IMG/VR virus record: IMGVR_UViG_3300020042_003596
Span: 1 to 27,055 of that record
Strand: one strand, 5' to 3'
DNA: 27,055 nt
From: a virus
Lineage: Duplodnaviria > Caudoviricetes
The notes beneath the pieces were generated by a model. That model searched no databases. It saw only the letters and a program-made list of their open reading frames with translations, and was not told the DNA's origin. The position numbers were made by a program, and so were the translations under genes. How positions within the stretch are numbered: the stretch's first letter is position 1; each line of letters begins with the position of its first letter. Shown here piece by piece: positions 16,213 through 24,803 of the stretch.

Positions 16213-16349
16213 TTATCCACTGCTACTACGTACAACGTCCATTATGTTAAGTTATTTTGTGGATATGCACAGGGTATCCACAGGGATTTGTAAGAAAACT
16301 ACAAGGTGCACAGAAAAGAGGCAGAACCTGCCCACTCGCCTGTGGATAA
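16213..16349. promoter_or_regulatory. Cluster of DnaA boxes
   Basis: TTATCCACT 16213-21, TGTGGATAT 16258-66, ATATGCACA 16263-71, GTATCCACA 16274-82 and a perfect TGTGGATAA at 16341-49 (consensus TTATNCACA). Confidence 0.7.
16225..16252 (+). other. dif/cer/psi-like XerCD recombination site
   Basis: ACTACGTACAA-CGTCCA-TTATGTTAAGT has 11-6-11 geometry. The XerD arm matches E. coli dif (TTATGTTAAAT) at 10/11; the XerC arm matches ColE1 cer (GGTGCGTACAA) at 8/11. Confidence 0.75.
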
Positions 16350-16558
16350 CTGCGATGGTTTTCGGCTCGATCTGGCGGCGGGGAGTGCATGAGGGGCGGA
16401 TGGTGCATTAGTAAGGTAGCTTGACTAAATTGTCGTCCTAGTCGCCAATGGATTACATTGTCGCCATAACGCCATTTGGATGACATTCGTTCATTCCAAC
16501 CATTTGCCAACCAGAAACCTTGGGCATAAATTAGTGCCAGAACCGATTTAAAGCCCGT

Positions 16559-16777
16559 TTAAGCCCTTTTCTTGGGCTTGGACATATCTGGGTCAAGCAT
16601 CAGCACATTTACATCCATATCGGGCCTGTAGCCAATGCTCCACAGGTATTGGTAGACATAAAGAATCTCCCGAAATCCTGTGGTCAGATCACCCGAACCA
16701 GCACAAAGCATGATCTCCCGATCTGGATCGGTCAGGATTCGCCTGAAGAATGTTGTATCAAGCCTTGACTTTGCCAT
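16559..16777 (-). CDS. Hypothetical phage protein
   Basis: MAKSRLDTTFFRRILTDPDREIMLCAG...; ATG at 16777 overlaps the end of the upstream gene. Confidence 0.6.
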   Translation of the reverse strand: MAKSRLDTTFFRRILTDPDREIMLCAGSGDLTTGFREILYVYQYLWSIGYRPDMDVNVLMLDPDMSKPKKRA

Positions 16778-17438
16778 CCTTGGCTCCCTCACTTGGCCCC
16801 AAATACCTCCGCACCACCTCACCATCACCCTCAAAGCTGATGTCGTTGACCACATCATCAAAGCCTGTGGCTCCACCATCTGGAAACTTCCCAGGTTGCT
16901 TGTCCAGCATCGTCATCTTAGAACCTCGATAAAGTTTCTTGTATTTGATTACTTCTTGGAGAACTGGAGCTTGGAGGAGGATTTCGATCTCAGCCATTGT
17001 CCACAAGTGTTTTTCCCGTGACCCGTAGAAGTTCTCATAAACCTTGGCATCCTGATCATCTTTGACCACAACCAAGATTGACCCATCATCCAACTCTTTT
17101 TCAATCCCTGGTGCATCTGGCTTCAGTGGCACACCATGCTCAAGACCCCAAGCATCTAGCAGCTTGTAGCCCTTGACCAGACCAGCCACCGCCTTATCCA
17201 TCTTTTCAATGTCTCTGGATTTCTGTGCCGCCCAAATTCTTTCTGTCTGCAACCACAATTTTTCCCGAAACCCAGAATCAACTAAAGTATACAGTCTTCC
17301 ACTTCCCCACTTGGCATCCATTTCACCCCGAAACCTCTCCAACCCAATGAGCAAACTTTCCGCATGAACATCAAAAGGGTCAGCAGGGAAACTAGGCATC
17401 ACCCCTTTAGGCAACTTCAAACTTTTAGACTTATCCAA
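16758..17438 (-). CDS. Hypothetical phage protein downstream of the origin candidate
   Basis: 226-codon ORF with TTG start and AAGGA upstream; same strand as the replication operon. Confidence 0.7.
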   Translation of the reverse strand: MDKSKSLKLPKGVMPSFPADPFDVHAESLLIGLERFRGEMDAKWGSGRLYTLVDSGFREKLWLQTERIWAAQKSRDIEKMDKAVAGLVKGYKLLDAWGLEHGVPLKPDAPGIEKELDDGSILVVVKDDQDAKVYENFYGSREKHLWTMAEIEILLQAPVLQEVIKYKKLYRGSKMTMLDKQPGKFPDGGATGFDDVVNDISFEGDGEVVRRYLGPSEGAKDGKVKA

Positions 17439-17496
17439 AACAAAATCCTTTCATCACTTCAAAACAATACTTACAGATAACTGACACATCAGGCCA

Positions 17497-17597
17497 TCCG
17501 GAGACAGGACAAATGGACATCTTATAGAGATGTCCATTTGTCTGTCCTACTCCGGACAGACAAATGACGGACATTTGTCCTCATTTGTCCATTTGTC
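17497..17597. other. Putative replication origin: perfect 15-bp inverted repeat plus six CATTTGTC/GACAAATG iterons
   Basis: GACAAATGGACATCT-tatag-AGATGTCCATTTGTC (17508-17542), flanked by TCCGGA twice. Iterons at 17508, 17535, 17559, 17572, 17582 and 17590. Lies immediately 3' of the primase-helicase. Confidence 0.65.
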
Positions 17598-17612
17598 CGA
17601 CTTGTAACAATT

Positions 17613-19718
17613 CTAGAATTCCTCTTTTTTGTCTTCATCACGCACCATCCAGACCACATTTCCCCTCACTCTAACCTGTCCAGACTCCTGCAAATTCTTC
17701 TTGCAACGCAGCCAAGCCTTGCTAAAAGTATCCTCTGAAGTGTCCTTTTCACGCACCATTAGGGCAAATTCTTGCCTCCAAAACTCCAAATCCACCACCT
17801 TCTTAAAGCCCTCTGGCGTACTAGAACTGTAACCTTTAGAGTTCATCGCTATTTTCAGACTTTGCATCTCTAAACGCTGATTTTTACCCTTTCCGGCCTT
17901 ACTCCCGCGCCCACTTTTAGCCTGTTCCTGGCGATCCCTGACCACAGAATCTGATGACTGAACCGCCAAACTGGTGATGTCATCAAGCCCAATACCTGAA
18001 GATTTCAGCACCACGGGCACCACCTCAAACCCTATCTTGCGGTTATCTTCCCCATCCTTTTGCTTAGTTATGGTCAAGATTCCCTGCCCTGCAATCTCTG
18101 CTGACTTGATCATTGAGTCCACTCTGACCAGTTCCAACTCTGTGTCCACGGCCCCAAGGAGACTTGAATGTCCCCTTAAACCCTTACTTATGTCCTTGCC
18201 TGAATGGTGCAGGAGCATCAAACTTGTCTCATAGCGTTCCATCAACCTTCCACATTGGGTGATAAATGAGGACATATCTTCACTGGAGTTCTCGTTTCCA
18301 CCCCCAAATGATCTAGCCAAAGTGTCAATAATCACCAGAGATAACGACAATTCATGGCTTGTAAGCAGGTTGTCAATCCCCTCAATCAGGGCCAGAAAGT
18401 CATCATGGTTTGATCTCAGGTTGATTTGGTGCCTGATCACAAAGAGGGGTTCACCACCCTGACTACCTTTGAAAATTTTGCAAGCCTTGATCCTCGCGCC
18501 CATACCTCCATGCCCTTCTCCGCATATATATAGCACTGCGCCGGGGGAGTTGACAGGGTTTGACATCCACTCCACACCTGATGCGATTGAGTAAGCCATG
18601 TCTAGGGCAATGAAAGACTTGAAGCTGGCAGGTGGGCCATACAGGGCTATGAAAGACTTCTTAGGCAACACCCCATCAATGAGCCACTCCACGGGCTGGT
18701 CTTGGATGTCATCCCAAGACTCGATCTTGAAAGTCTTTTTGGGTTTGTCTGTAAGACTTGCGTCATTCCCAGATTCGGCTCCAACTTCAGCGACTTCTGG
18801 CATTTCTGGCGTAACTGGTTCTGTAGCGGTTAAAGCCAAGATATGTTCAGGGACAAACACTTCATGGACAGATTTGAGGGATTGCGCTTCCTTTGCCAGT
18901 TGAGCCAATTCCATCTTCCCGTAGCCCATACCCACAAACTCATGGGCATCATCTCCTGGGAAGGGAAGGTTCAAGTCAATGACCCTGATTGATCTCGCTG
19001 GTGCGTCTAGCAAGCATTCAACGACTTTCTTGGCGTACTTCCACCCAGGTTGGTCATTGTCGGGAACCACCACCACATTGGCATTGACAAAGTATTGGGT
19101 GAGTTCTGTAGGCCAGGAACCCGAACCCGCATGACTTGTGGTGGCTACAACTCCCAACCCTATCAGGGCATCACAAGCCTTTTCCCCTTCACAGAGGTAA
19201 ATAGCCCTGCCAGATTCCACCGCACCAATCACGGCTGGCAAGTTGTATGGGACTATCCTTGAGTCCCCAAGCCTGTTGACCCTCGACCCATCGGGCATGA
19301 CTCTCACAAGCCTGTAATCCTTGCCTTTTTCTGTATTGGTCTTGAATCGTTGCTTGATAAAGAGTGTTACGCCATCCTCATCGGTGTAGTGCCACTCATG
19401 CTCCAAGTTACTTGGGTTAGTGGGTGGTAAGGCAGAAACCACAGGCACGAATGGCTTGAGGTTATCTAATGGGTGGGGTCTGGGGGGGAGTTCTGGGAGT
19501 AGTCCCATGTCTTTCACGGCTCTAAAGACTGAATCTTGATCACACCCGCCATGACACTTAAAGAGTACCATGGCATCAGTATCCGCATCAGAGATTGAAA
19601 GGGAGGGATTCCTGTCCCCTTTACCCTGCCCATGAGAGGGTACAGGGCATGAGGCAACCCATTGCCCGTTGACTCTTTTGGCGTTGCCTAACGCCTGGGC
19701 TATTTGTTCTGCTTGCAT
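17613..19718 (-). CDS. Primase-helicase (Zn-binding + TOPRIM + RepA/AAA_25 helicase)
   Basis: CPVPSH...CHGGC; LCEGEKACDAL and VPDND TOPRIM motifs; GPPASFKS Walker A; IIDT Walker B; HHSGKD...LRGHSSL. Confidence 0.92.
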   Translation of the reverse strand: MQAEQIAQALGNAKRVNGQWVASCPVPSHGQGKGDRNPSLSISDADTDAMVLFKCHGGCDQDSVFRAVKDMGLLPELPPRPHPLDNLKPFVPVVSALPPTNPSNLEHEWHYTDEDGVTLFIKQRFKTNTEKGKDYRLVRVMPDGSRVNRLGDSRIVPYNLPAVIGAVESGRAIYLCEGEKACDALIGLGVVATTSHAGSGSWPTELTQYFVNANVVVVPDNDQPGWKYAKKVVECLLDAPARSIRVIDLNLPFPGDDAHEFVGMGYGKMELAQLAKEAQSLKSVHEVFVPEHILALTATEPVTPEMPEVAEVGAESGNDASLTDKPKKTFKIESWDDIQDQPVEWLIDGVLPKKSFIALYGPPASFKSFIALDMAYSIASGVEWMSNPVNSPGAVLYICGEGHGGMGARIKACKIFKGSQGGEPLFVIRHQINLRSNHDDFLALIEGIDNLLTSHELSLSLVIIDTLARSFGGGNENSSEDMSSFITQCGRLMERYETSLMLLHHSGKDISKGLRGHSSLLGAVDTELELVRVDSMIKSAEIAGQGILTITKQKDGEDNRKIGFEVVPVVLKSSGIGLDDITSLAVQSSDSVVRDRQEQAKSGRGSKAGKGKNQRLEMQSLKIAMNSKGYSSSTPEGFKKVVDLEFWRQEFALMVREKDTSEDTFSKAWLRCKKNLQESGQVRVRGNVVWMVRDEDKKEEF

Positions 19719-19721
19719 GAG

Positions 19722-20678
19722 TTATTCCAAGACTAATGATTGTTGTGCAGTGCGGATGTTCTGCAATTCCATGTAGGCAGGGTTCAACTCACAGCCAATG
19801 TATTGCCGCCCCAGGTTCTGCGCCACTTGTGCCGTTGTGCCACTTCCCATGAATGGATCAAGCACAATGCCGCCAACAGGTGCGCCAGCAAGGATGCAGG
19901 GTTCGATCAGGTCTGATGGGAATACTGCGAAATGTGCGCCAGCGTAGGGTTTGGTAGTGACTGTCCAGACGCTGCGTTTGTTTCTTTTGCCAATTTCACC
20001 GAAAGTTGATGCCTCAATTGTTTGACCTGTTTGAGCAATTCTTTCTGACGTATTGTTGTATTTCCATGTATCAATTCCTTTTGCTCTTTGTTTAGCAAAT
20101 CCAGAATCTTCGTTTGCTTCTTCTTTTATCGCATCCGCATCGTAGTAATACTTTTGCGACTTGCTCAACAAAAAAATGTACTCATGCGCCTTGGTGCATC
20201 GGTCTTGCACCGACTCGGGCATAGGGTTAGGCTTGTGCCAAATAATGTCTTGGCGCAAATACCAACCATCAGTCCTCAGCGCAAATGCCAGCATCCAAGG
20301 GATGCCAATTAGGTCTTTGGTCTTTAGACCTGTTTCATGCAACTTGTCCAGCTTGCGGTCATTTGCTGGCATATTGTTTCTGCCTTCACGCTGATATTCT
20401 GGGCTTGCTCTAGCAAAGCCATTGCTGTTGCAGTAACTATCCCCAATGTTTAACCACAGCGTTCCATCATCCTCCAGCACATCCCACACACAGCGAAACA
20501 CCTCAACCATTGCCCTGATGTATTCATCTGGTGTTTCTTCAAGCCCTAATTGCCCATCATGCCCATAGTCCCGCAATCCAAAGTAAGGTGGGCTGGTCAC
20601 GCAAGTCTGTGCTTTGATGCCCTGTTCTTTCCAGCGGCGCATGGTTTCCCTGCAATCCCCAAATTCAATCTTGTTCAT
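19722..20678 (-). CDS. DNA amino-methyltransferase (N4-C/N6-A, beta class)
   Basis: TSPPY catalytic motif, WHKPNPMPES, HFAVFP and DPFMGSGTT SAM motif. No cognate restriction nuclease adjacent. Confidence 0.92.
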   Translation of the reverse strand: MNKIEFGDCRETMRRWKEQGIKAQTCVTSPPYFGLRDYGHDGQLGLEETPDEYIRAMVEVFRCVWDVLEDDGTLWLNIGDSYCNSNGFARASPEYQREGRNNMPANDRKLDKLHETGLKTKDLIGIPWMLAFALRTDGWYLRQDIIWHKPNPMPESVQDRCTKAHEYIFLLSKSQKYYYDADAIKEEANEDSGFAKQRAKGIDTWKYNNTSERIAQTGQTIEASTFGEIGKRNKRSVWTVTTKPYAGAHFAVFPSDLIEPCILAGAPVGGIVLDPFMGSGTTAQVAQNLGRQYIGCELNPAYMELQNIRTAQQSLVLE

Positions 20679-21180
20679 GTTGGCTTCCCGTCATCTTTTC
20701 TTTGAAGCCCTGATAAAAATCACCACTGTCCTTTAATTTGGAAAGACCGAAACCTTCTTCAAAATTAACGGTATATCGCTCGCAAATGTAGTCAGCATAT
20801 TCCATCTCAAGTTGATGTGTTCTCATGGCTGACTCAAATTCTTGCTCAGTCATGGGAACCCTTCCAATTTCAGCGGCTGCGCGGGTGATTGCTAGGCGAG
20901 TGGCTTCAGCAGTGTTAATGCCCGTCCTGACGAAAACCAGCGGTGCATCTTCTTTGAACCGCACCTGAACATTCCCTTGGCTAATGTTGATTTTCATCTC
21001 CAGCTTCACCGCTAAACGCAGTGCATCGCCATCATCTTCAAGGGGGTTCCAAGGCTCTGCATCAAAGATGCAAAATCCTGGCGGCATTCGAGTGCAGTTA
21101 CGCCAAACACCACTGAGGTCTTTTTTAATGTTGATTCGCGCCCCTTTTGCAGCCAAATCTATCAGTTCACTATCAGTCAT
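20665..21180 (-). CDS. Hypothetical phage protein (WNPLEDDGDALRLA family), possibly two fused genes
   Basis: GGAG RBS; N-terminal domain ends ITRAAAEIG; internal ATG at 20853 with GGAAGG upstream. Confidence 0.7.
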   Translation of the reverse strand: MTDSELIDLAAKGARINIKKDLSGVWRNCTRMPPGFCIFDAEPWNPLEDDGDALRLAVKLEMKINISQGNVQVRFKEDAPLVFVRTGINTAEATRLAITRAAAEIGRVPMTEQEFESAMRTHQLEMEYADYICERYTVNFEEGFGLSKLKDSGDFYQGFKEKMTGSQHEQD

Positions 21181-21204
21181 ATTCGCTCCATTCTTTTAAG
21201 AGAC

Positions 21205-21236
21205 AAAAAAACCAGAGTCTTTTTATCGACTCTGGT
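21205..21236 (-). terminator. Rho-independent terminator after the SSB-like gene
   Basis: 9-bp stem ACCAGAGTC/GACTCTGGT followed by a T-run on the minus strand. Confidence 0.75.
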
Positions 21237-21254
21237 AAAGCCCTTCAGTGGCGA

Positions 21255-21839
21255 TTAAGCAAACATCTCATCATCATCCAAGTTGACGCTTGGCTTTGCG
21301 GGAGCCGCTTTAGCGGCTGGTGCGGGGGCAGAGGCCACACTCTTGATGAAGTCGCCTTCATGGGGATCGGCATCCAACCCTGCAGGTCTTGCAACCCACT
21401 TGACAATTTTGAATTCAGCTACTCTGGTAGTTCCTTGGCCTACCTTTTCAGGGCGAGAGCCTGTGTACTCTAAAGCTGGCAACAAATCAGGATGATCTGC
21501 TCGTTGTGCTTCACAAGCCTTGTAGAGTTCTTCCAAAGCCTTGACATGGCCCACCCCGTTTGCTGACCATTCGACTGCACCCATCTCTTTGTTGTAGAAC
21601 TTGACTTTAAAGCCACGCTTGTGTTCAGGAGAGGGTTGGCGACCTTTCTTACCCAAAGATTCGTCAGCTTGGAAATTGTAGACACCAGTGGCAATGAGCA
21701 TCCACCCTGTTTGAACGCCATCAAGATCAAATACACAAGGTTTGAGTTGAAACTCACCATCAGAGTTTGACCAAGCATTTGCTTGGGGGGAATAGCGAAT
21801 GTAGTTACCACCACCGCCAGAGTTTGAGAGATTTAACAT
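21255..21839 (-). CDS. Putative single-stranded DNA-binding protein
   Basis: Beta-rich aromatic core, Ala/Pro linker and acidic tail DDDEMFA; follows the DUF2800 nuclease. Confidence 0.65.
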   Translation of the reverse strand: MLNLSNSGGGGNYIRYSPQANAWSNSDGEFQLKPCVFDLDGVQTGWMLIATGVYNFQADESLGKKGRQPSPEHKRGFKVKFYNKEMGAVEWSANGVGHVKALEELYKACEAQRADHPDLLPALEYTGSRPEKVGQGTTRVAEFKIVKWVARPAGLDADPHEGDFIKSVASAPAPAAKAAPAKPSVNLDDDEMFA

Positions 21840-21908
21840 GGAATTTTCCTTTTTCAAAGTTTAAAAATGCACCTACTGGTGCGCCTTATTGCTGCGACTT
21901 GCAACAAT

Positions 21909-22973
21909 TCATTCACCTATGCCAGAGGCACGACCAAGGGTCAATCCAGAACTCACCTTGGCGGTCAAGTCTGCGATCAGGTACTTATCTTCTTTCTTGA
22001 GCAACTTCTCAGCGGCGGCAGGGGAGATCAATTCTTGGGGGTAAAGTTTATCGAAAGCCAACAACTCACCCAAAACTGAACCCGCATGAGCCTCGTTAAC
22101 CCATGCCCTCGTTGCTCGTTTGTTAACCATCTGCCAGCCCCTAATGATGGCCCCATCCTTGATCCTGGCAACTGCGTATTCACGCAAAGCCTTGATGTAA
22201 CTCTCAGCAATCTCAACCTTTGAAAGCATTGCCCCGATCTCCTCATCGGACAGAGTTGGCAAGTTGGGAGCCACTGCAACCTCAATAAATGAAGTCTTCT
22301 GTGTGGGGCAGATTGCTTTGCCTGGACACCACTGACAAGCGTCAGGGGAGGGGTTGTAGGGTGGGTTTGGTGAGGTGATGGCATCAACTGCTGGCCCCAG
22401 AGTGTTTGAATACCACTCAGTTAATTCTTCACCTGACATGGTGAAGGTGCGAACAGGGCCAGTTCTGGGTTGCACAATTCTCATCTCCACAATGTCAAAC
22501 ATCTTCTTGCTTTTGTTGATTGCGCCAATGGCGTAAATCTTCATCTGATCAGAGTCGGCATCCACATACCCCATGCCTGTTTTTAAGTCTGCAATGATGA
22601 GTTTGTTGGCATTCCACCCCACCACATCAGCAGTGCCACCAACCTTGGCGTGGGGTTCGTCAAAGGCACTCAAGTACTGCTCGATCATCACATTCCCACC
22701 CATCTCAGTCTCGATGCGTTTGATCTCATCGAGGTGAGCCTGTGCGAACTCAGCATTCTCAGTTGTGATGGTGATGCCATCCACTGTTGACCCAACAAAC
22801 TCCAGTGGGTTAAGTGAGAGTTGCCAGCATGACTCTGCCAAAGAGTGAATGGCAGTACCAATCTTTGCGGCCTCACCAGACTCTTGGGTTGGCATCGATG
22901 CTGACAAGGCAACACTGCCAGGGCAGATGAGCCAACGAGAGGCTGCTGAAGGTCTAAGTTTTATCTGTTCCAT
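21909..22973 (-). CDS. DUF2800-family nuclease, second copy
   Basis: About 15 aa differences in 354 from the 14996-16060 protein (manual count). Confidence 0.85.
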   Translation of the reverse strand: MEQIKLRPSAASRWLICPGSVALSASMPTQESGEAAKIGTAIHSLAESCWQLSLNPLEFVGSTVDGITITTENAEFAQAHLDEIKRIETEMGGNVMIEQYLSAFDEPHAKVGGTADVVGWNANKLIIADLKTGMGYVDADSDQMKIYAIGAINKSKKMFDIVEMRIVQPRTGPVRTFTMSGEELTEWYSNTLGPAVDAITSPNPPYNPSPDACQWCPGKAICPTQKTSFIEVAVAPNLPTLSDEEIGAMLSKVEIAESYIKALREYAVARIKDGAIIRGWQMVNKRATRAWVNEAHAGSVLGELLAFDKLYPQELISPAAAEKLLKKEDKYLIADLTAKVSSGLTLGRASGIGE

Positions 22974-23179
22974 GCGTTTCTTTCTGCTTCAAGGTCTGAG
23001 ATGAGGAGTTGGTAGACAAGTGACTTGACTTCATTGGAGACTGCAAATCCAAGGTCTTCAGGGTCAAGCATTCGGCGCAATAAGGCGGTTCTTTCCCTGT
23101 TCTGGAGCCTTGCCAGTTCAAGCTGTTGGGTAAGCCAAACAATGTGATCACGCATGGCAGTGCGTTCAGCGTCATCCAT
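22961..23179 (-). CDS. Hypothetical phage protein, second copy
   Basis: MDDAERTAMRDH...; start overlaps the RuvC stop. Confidence 0.75.
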   Translation of the reverse strand: MDDAERTAMRDHIVWLTQQLELARLQNRERTALLRRMLDPEDLGFAVSNEVKSLVYQLLISDLEAERNAWNR

Positions 23180-23648
23180 AGTTCTTCTGCCCCCAATAAG
23201 CAATCAGTGCCGCATCTGCCCTGCCATCATCCTTGACCCGACTAAACATCAACTGATGGGCAGGGAAAAGCTCCATTGCTCTGGCTCGACTCGCATCCTT
23301 GCCAGGGCTACGGCCCACACCCTTTGTCCAAGTGGCAGGGGCCACAAAGGTGACTGGCATCTTGAGCGCAGCCAAAACTCCCTCAATCATCCCAAAACTG
23401 CGACCAAAACTAAATACACTTGTCACCCCCTGCCCTGCCATTGCACTGACCTTTTCCACGCAGACATGATAGTTTTTCCCTGAGTACAGGTTCAGCAGTT
23501 CAGCCAACTCATTTGCACTCACTTGTCGCTTGGCTTTGCCGTTACGATCCACAGTCATCACGGGCATATCGTGAATCTGGAGCGAGTCATCAGAAAGAAC
23601 AGCAATTGCGCCATTTAGCCCTGGGTCAATGCCAATGATGCGGCTCAT
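23172..23648 (-). CDS. RuvC-like Holliday junction resolvase, second copy
   Basis: Same motifs as 13489-13965. Confidence 0.88.
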   Translation of the reverse strand: MSRIIGIDPGLNGAIAVLSDDSLQIHDMPVMTVDRNGKAKRQVSANELAELLNLYSGKNYHVCVEKVSAMAGQGVTSVFSFGRSFGMIEGVLAALKMPVTFVAPATWTKGVGRSPGKDASRARAMELFPAHQLMFSRVKDDGRADAALIAYWGQKNYG

Positions 23649-23884
23649 GGATTGCACCCCTCAGAAACCCCTTGTATGGCCTCCAAACGGGTCTTGATCA
23701 GGGAATCCACTGACTCCTCGAGCTTCCTCATGGTGGTCAAGAGTGGTATGGTCTTACCCACTGCGTAACGAGACACTTGGGAGGGGTCAATCCCCGCATG
23801 GCGGGAGACATCAGCGAGTGAGTAACCCGCCGCCTCTGCCTTGAGTCTCAAATCTTCAATCTGTTGCATAGTTGGTGTGTTCAT
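23645..23884 (-). CDS. Cro/C1-type HTH regulator, second copy
   Basis: 2 aa differences from the 13253-13492 protein. Confidence 0.85.
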   Translation of the reverse strand: MNTPTMQQIEDLRLKAEAAGYSLADVSRHAGIDPSQVSRYAVGKTIPLLTTMRKLEESVDSLIKTRLEAIQGVSEGCNP

Positions 23885-23892
23885 AATTGCCG

Positions 23893-24002
23893 ATCCTAGC
23901 AGACATGGACTAAGTGGTCAAATGTCTAGTGATTAAATAACCCAGTAAACTGTGGGGATTAAATAGATGGGGGGTTGACCATATAGTCCATGTCTGTATG
24001 AT
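23893..24002. promoter_or_regulatory. Divergent promoter pair with shared operator, second copy
   Basis: TTGACC(23975)-16-TATGAT(23997) and the opposite TTGACC-17-TAGGAT; TAGTCCATGTCTG fully conserved. Confidence 0.75.
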
Positions 24003-24044
24003 TAGACCTGTCAGCAACACAAACCCTTCATAGGAGAATTTGAG

Positions 24045-24263
24045 ATGATCACCAAAGCAGAAACCGAAAAAATCTATGCCGATCATGGCATCGACCTGAC
24101 ACCAGCAGAAATCATTGAAATCACTGCTGACGCAAATGAAAATGGCAAAAAAAACCATCGCGGTCTGAATGCCCATGAATGGGTCATACGTTGGGCGAAA
24201 TCGAACGCTTCTGAAAATGATTGGAACCCATCTTTTTCTGAGCGCCTCGAGTACGAAGATTGA
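24045..24263 (+). CDS. Hypothetical protein in the first slot after the promoter (unique to the right arm)
   Basis: AGGAG RBS; 72 aa. Confidence 0.7.
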   Translation: MITKAETEKIYADHGIDLTPAEIIEITADANENGKKNHRGLNAHEWVIRWAKSNASENDWNPSFSERLEYED

Positions 24264-24265
24264 CC

Positions 24266-24406
24266 ATGTACGACCTCGATTATCAAGAATGGCGGTGGGG
24301 TCAAATCCTCACCCGCCGCGCAGACTACAACCCTGATGACCAACCCACTCAAGAGGAGGATGAAGATGCTGATAGATTTTTGTCGAGTCCCCAGGACAAT
24401 GCGTGA
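24266..24406 (+). CDS. 46-aa acidic protein (homolog of 12701-12838)
   Basis: MYDLDYQEWRWGQILTRRADYNPDDQPTQEEDEDAD... Confidence 0.65.
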   Translation: MYDLDYQEWRWGQILTRRADYNPDDQPTQEEDEDADRFLSSPQDNA

Positions 24407-24608
24407 CTGTTTGGATGAGGGGTTCACCTCTCACCAAGTCTACAACGCAGTTCGCAAAGGCGACTTGTCTAATGTCAACCGCAAAGACGCTTGGGGGCGC
24501 ACCAAACGAGGCCCAGGCTTGTTCGTTGTTGCTGATGAGTCCATGCGCCTGGACGAGTTGATTGTGTCCACCAAAGACCTTGCCACAGTTTTAAACCACT
24601 GGAGATAA
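24366..24608 (+). CDS. Hypothetical protein, possibly winged-helix DNA-binding (unique to the right arm)
   Basis: GAGGAGG upstream of ATG 24366; MLIDFCRVPRTM...FTSHQVYNAVRKGDL. Confidence 0.7.
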   Translation: MLIDFCRVPRTMRDCLDEGFTSHQVYNAVRKGDLSNVNRKDAWGRTKRGPGLFVVADESMRLDELIVSTKDLATVLNHWR

Positions 24609-24611
24609 ACC

Positions 24612-24803
24612 ATGCTCAAAGATTTCAACCCCACCACCCGCACCTATCCCCGCACCCTGAATGAGGCCTTCCCCAACAGTTGTGATTGGGCCTGTCCCAT
24701 TGAGAAGTGCGCCCCAACAGTCAACACCGACAAAGTTGTGATGGTCTTCTGCGCCTTTGGCGCCATTTGCCTTGTTGTCTTTACGATCCTGGAATGGATA
24801 TGA
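24612..24803 (+). CDS. Small membrane protein, second copy
   Basis: Homolog of 12538-12729. Confidence 0.75.
   Translation: MLKDFNPTTRTYPRTLNEAFPNSCDWACPIEKCAPTVNTDKVVMVFCAFGAICLVVFTILEWI

Noticed and set aside
16112-16411. 99-aa ORF MKKENSMLNLSNSGDRPTP...
   Set aside because: It is the truncated SSB-like start running across the junction into non-coding DNA (G-tract, Xer-like site, DnaA boxes).
16247-16510. 87-aa minus-strand ORF
   Set aside because: No clear RBS or recognisable motif, and it overlaps the DnaA boxes and Xer-like site. Treated as non-coding.
19722-20678. Restriction-modification system
   Set aside because: The methyltransferase is orphan; no adjacent endonuclease is recognisable.
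16155-21814. Programmed invertible segment or transposon between long inverted repeats
   Set aside because: No invertase or transposase is present, the arms are diverged orthologous gene blocks, and the spacer is the uninterrupted continuation of the right arm.
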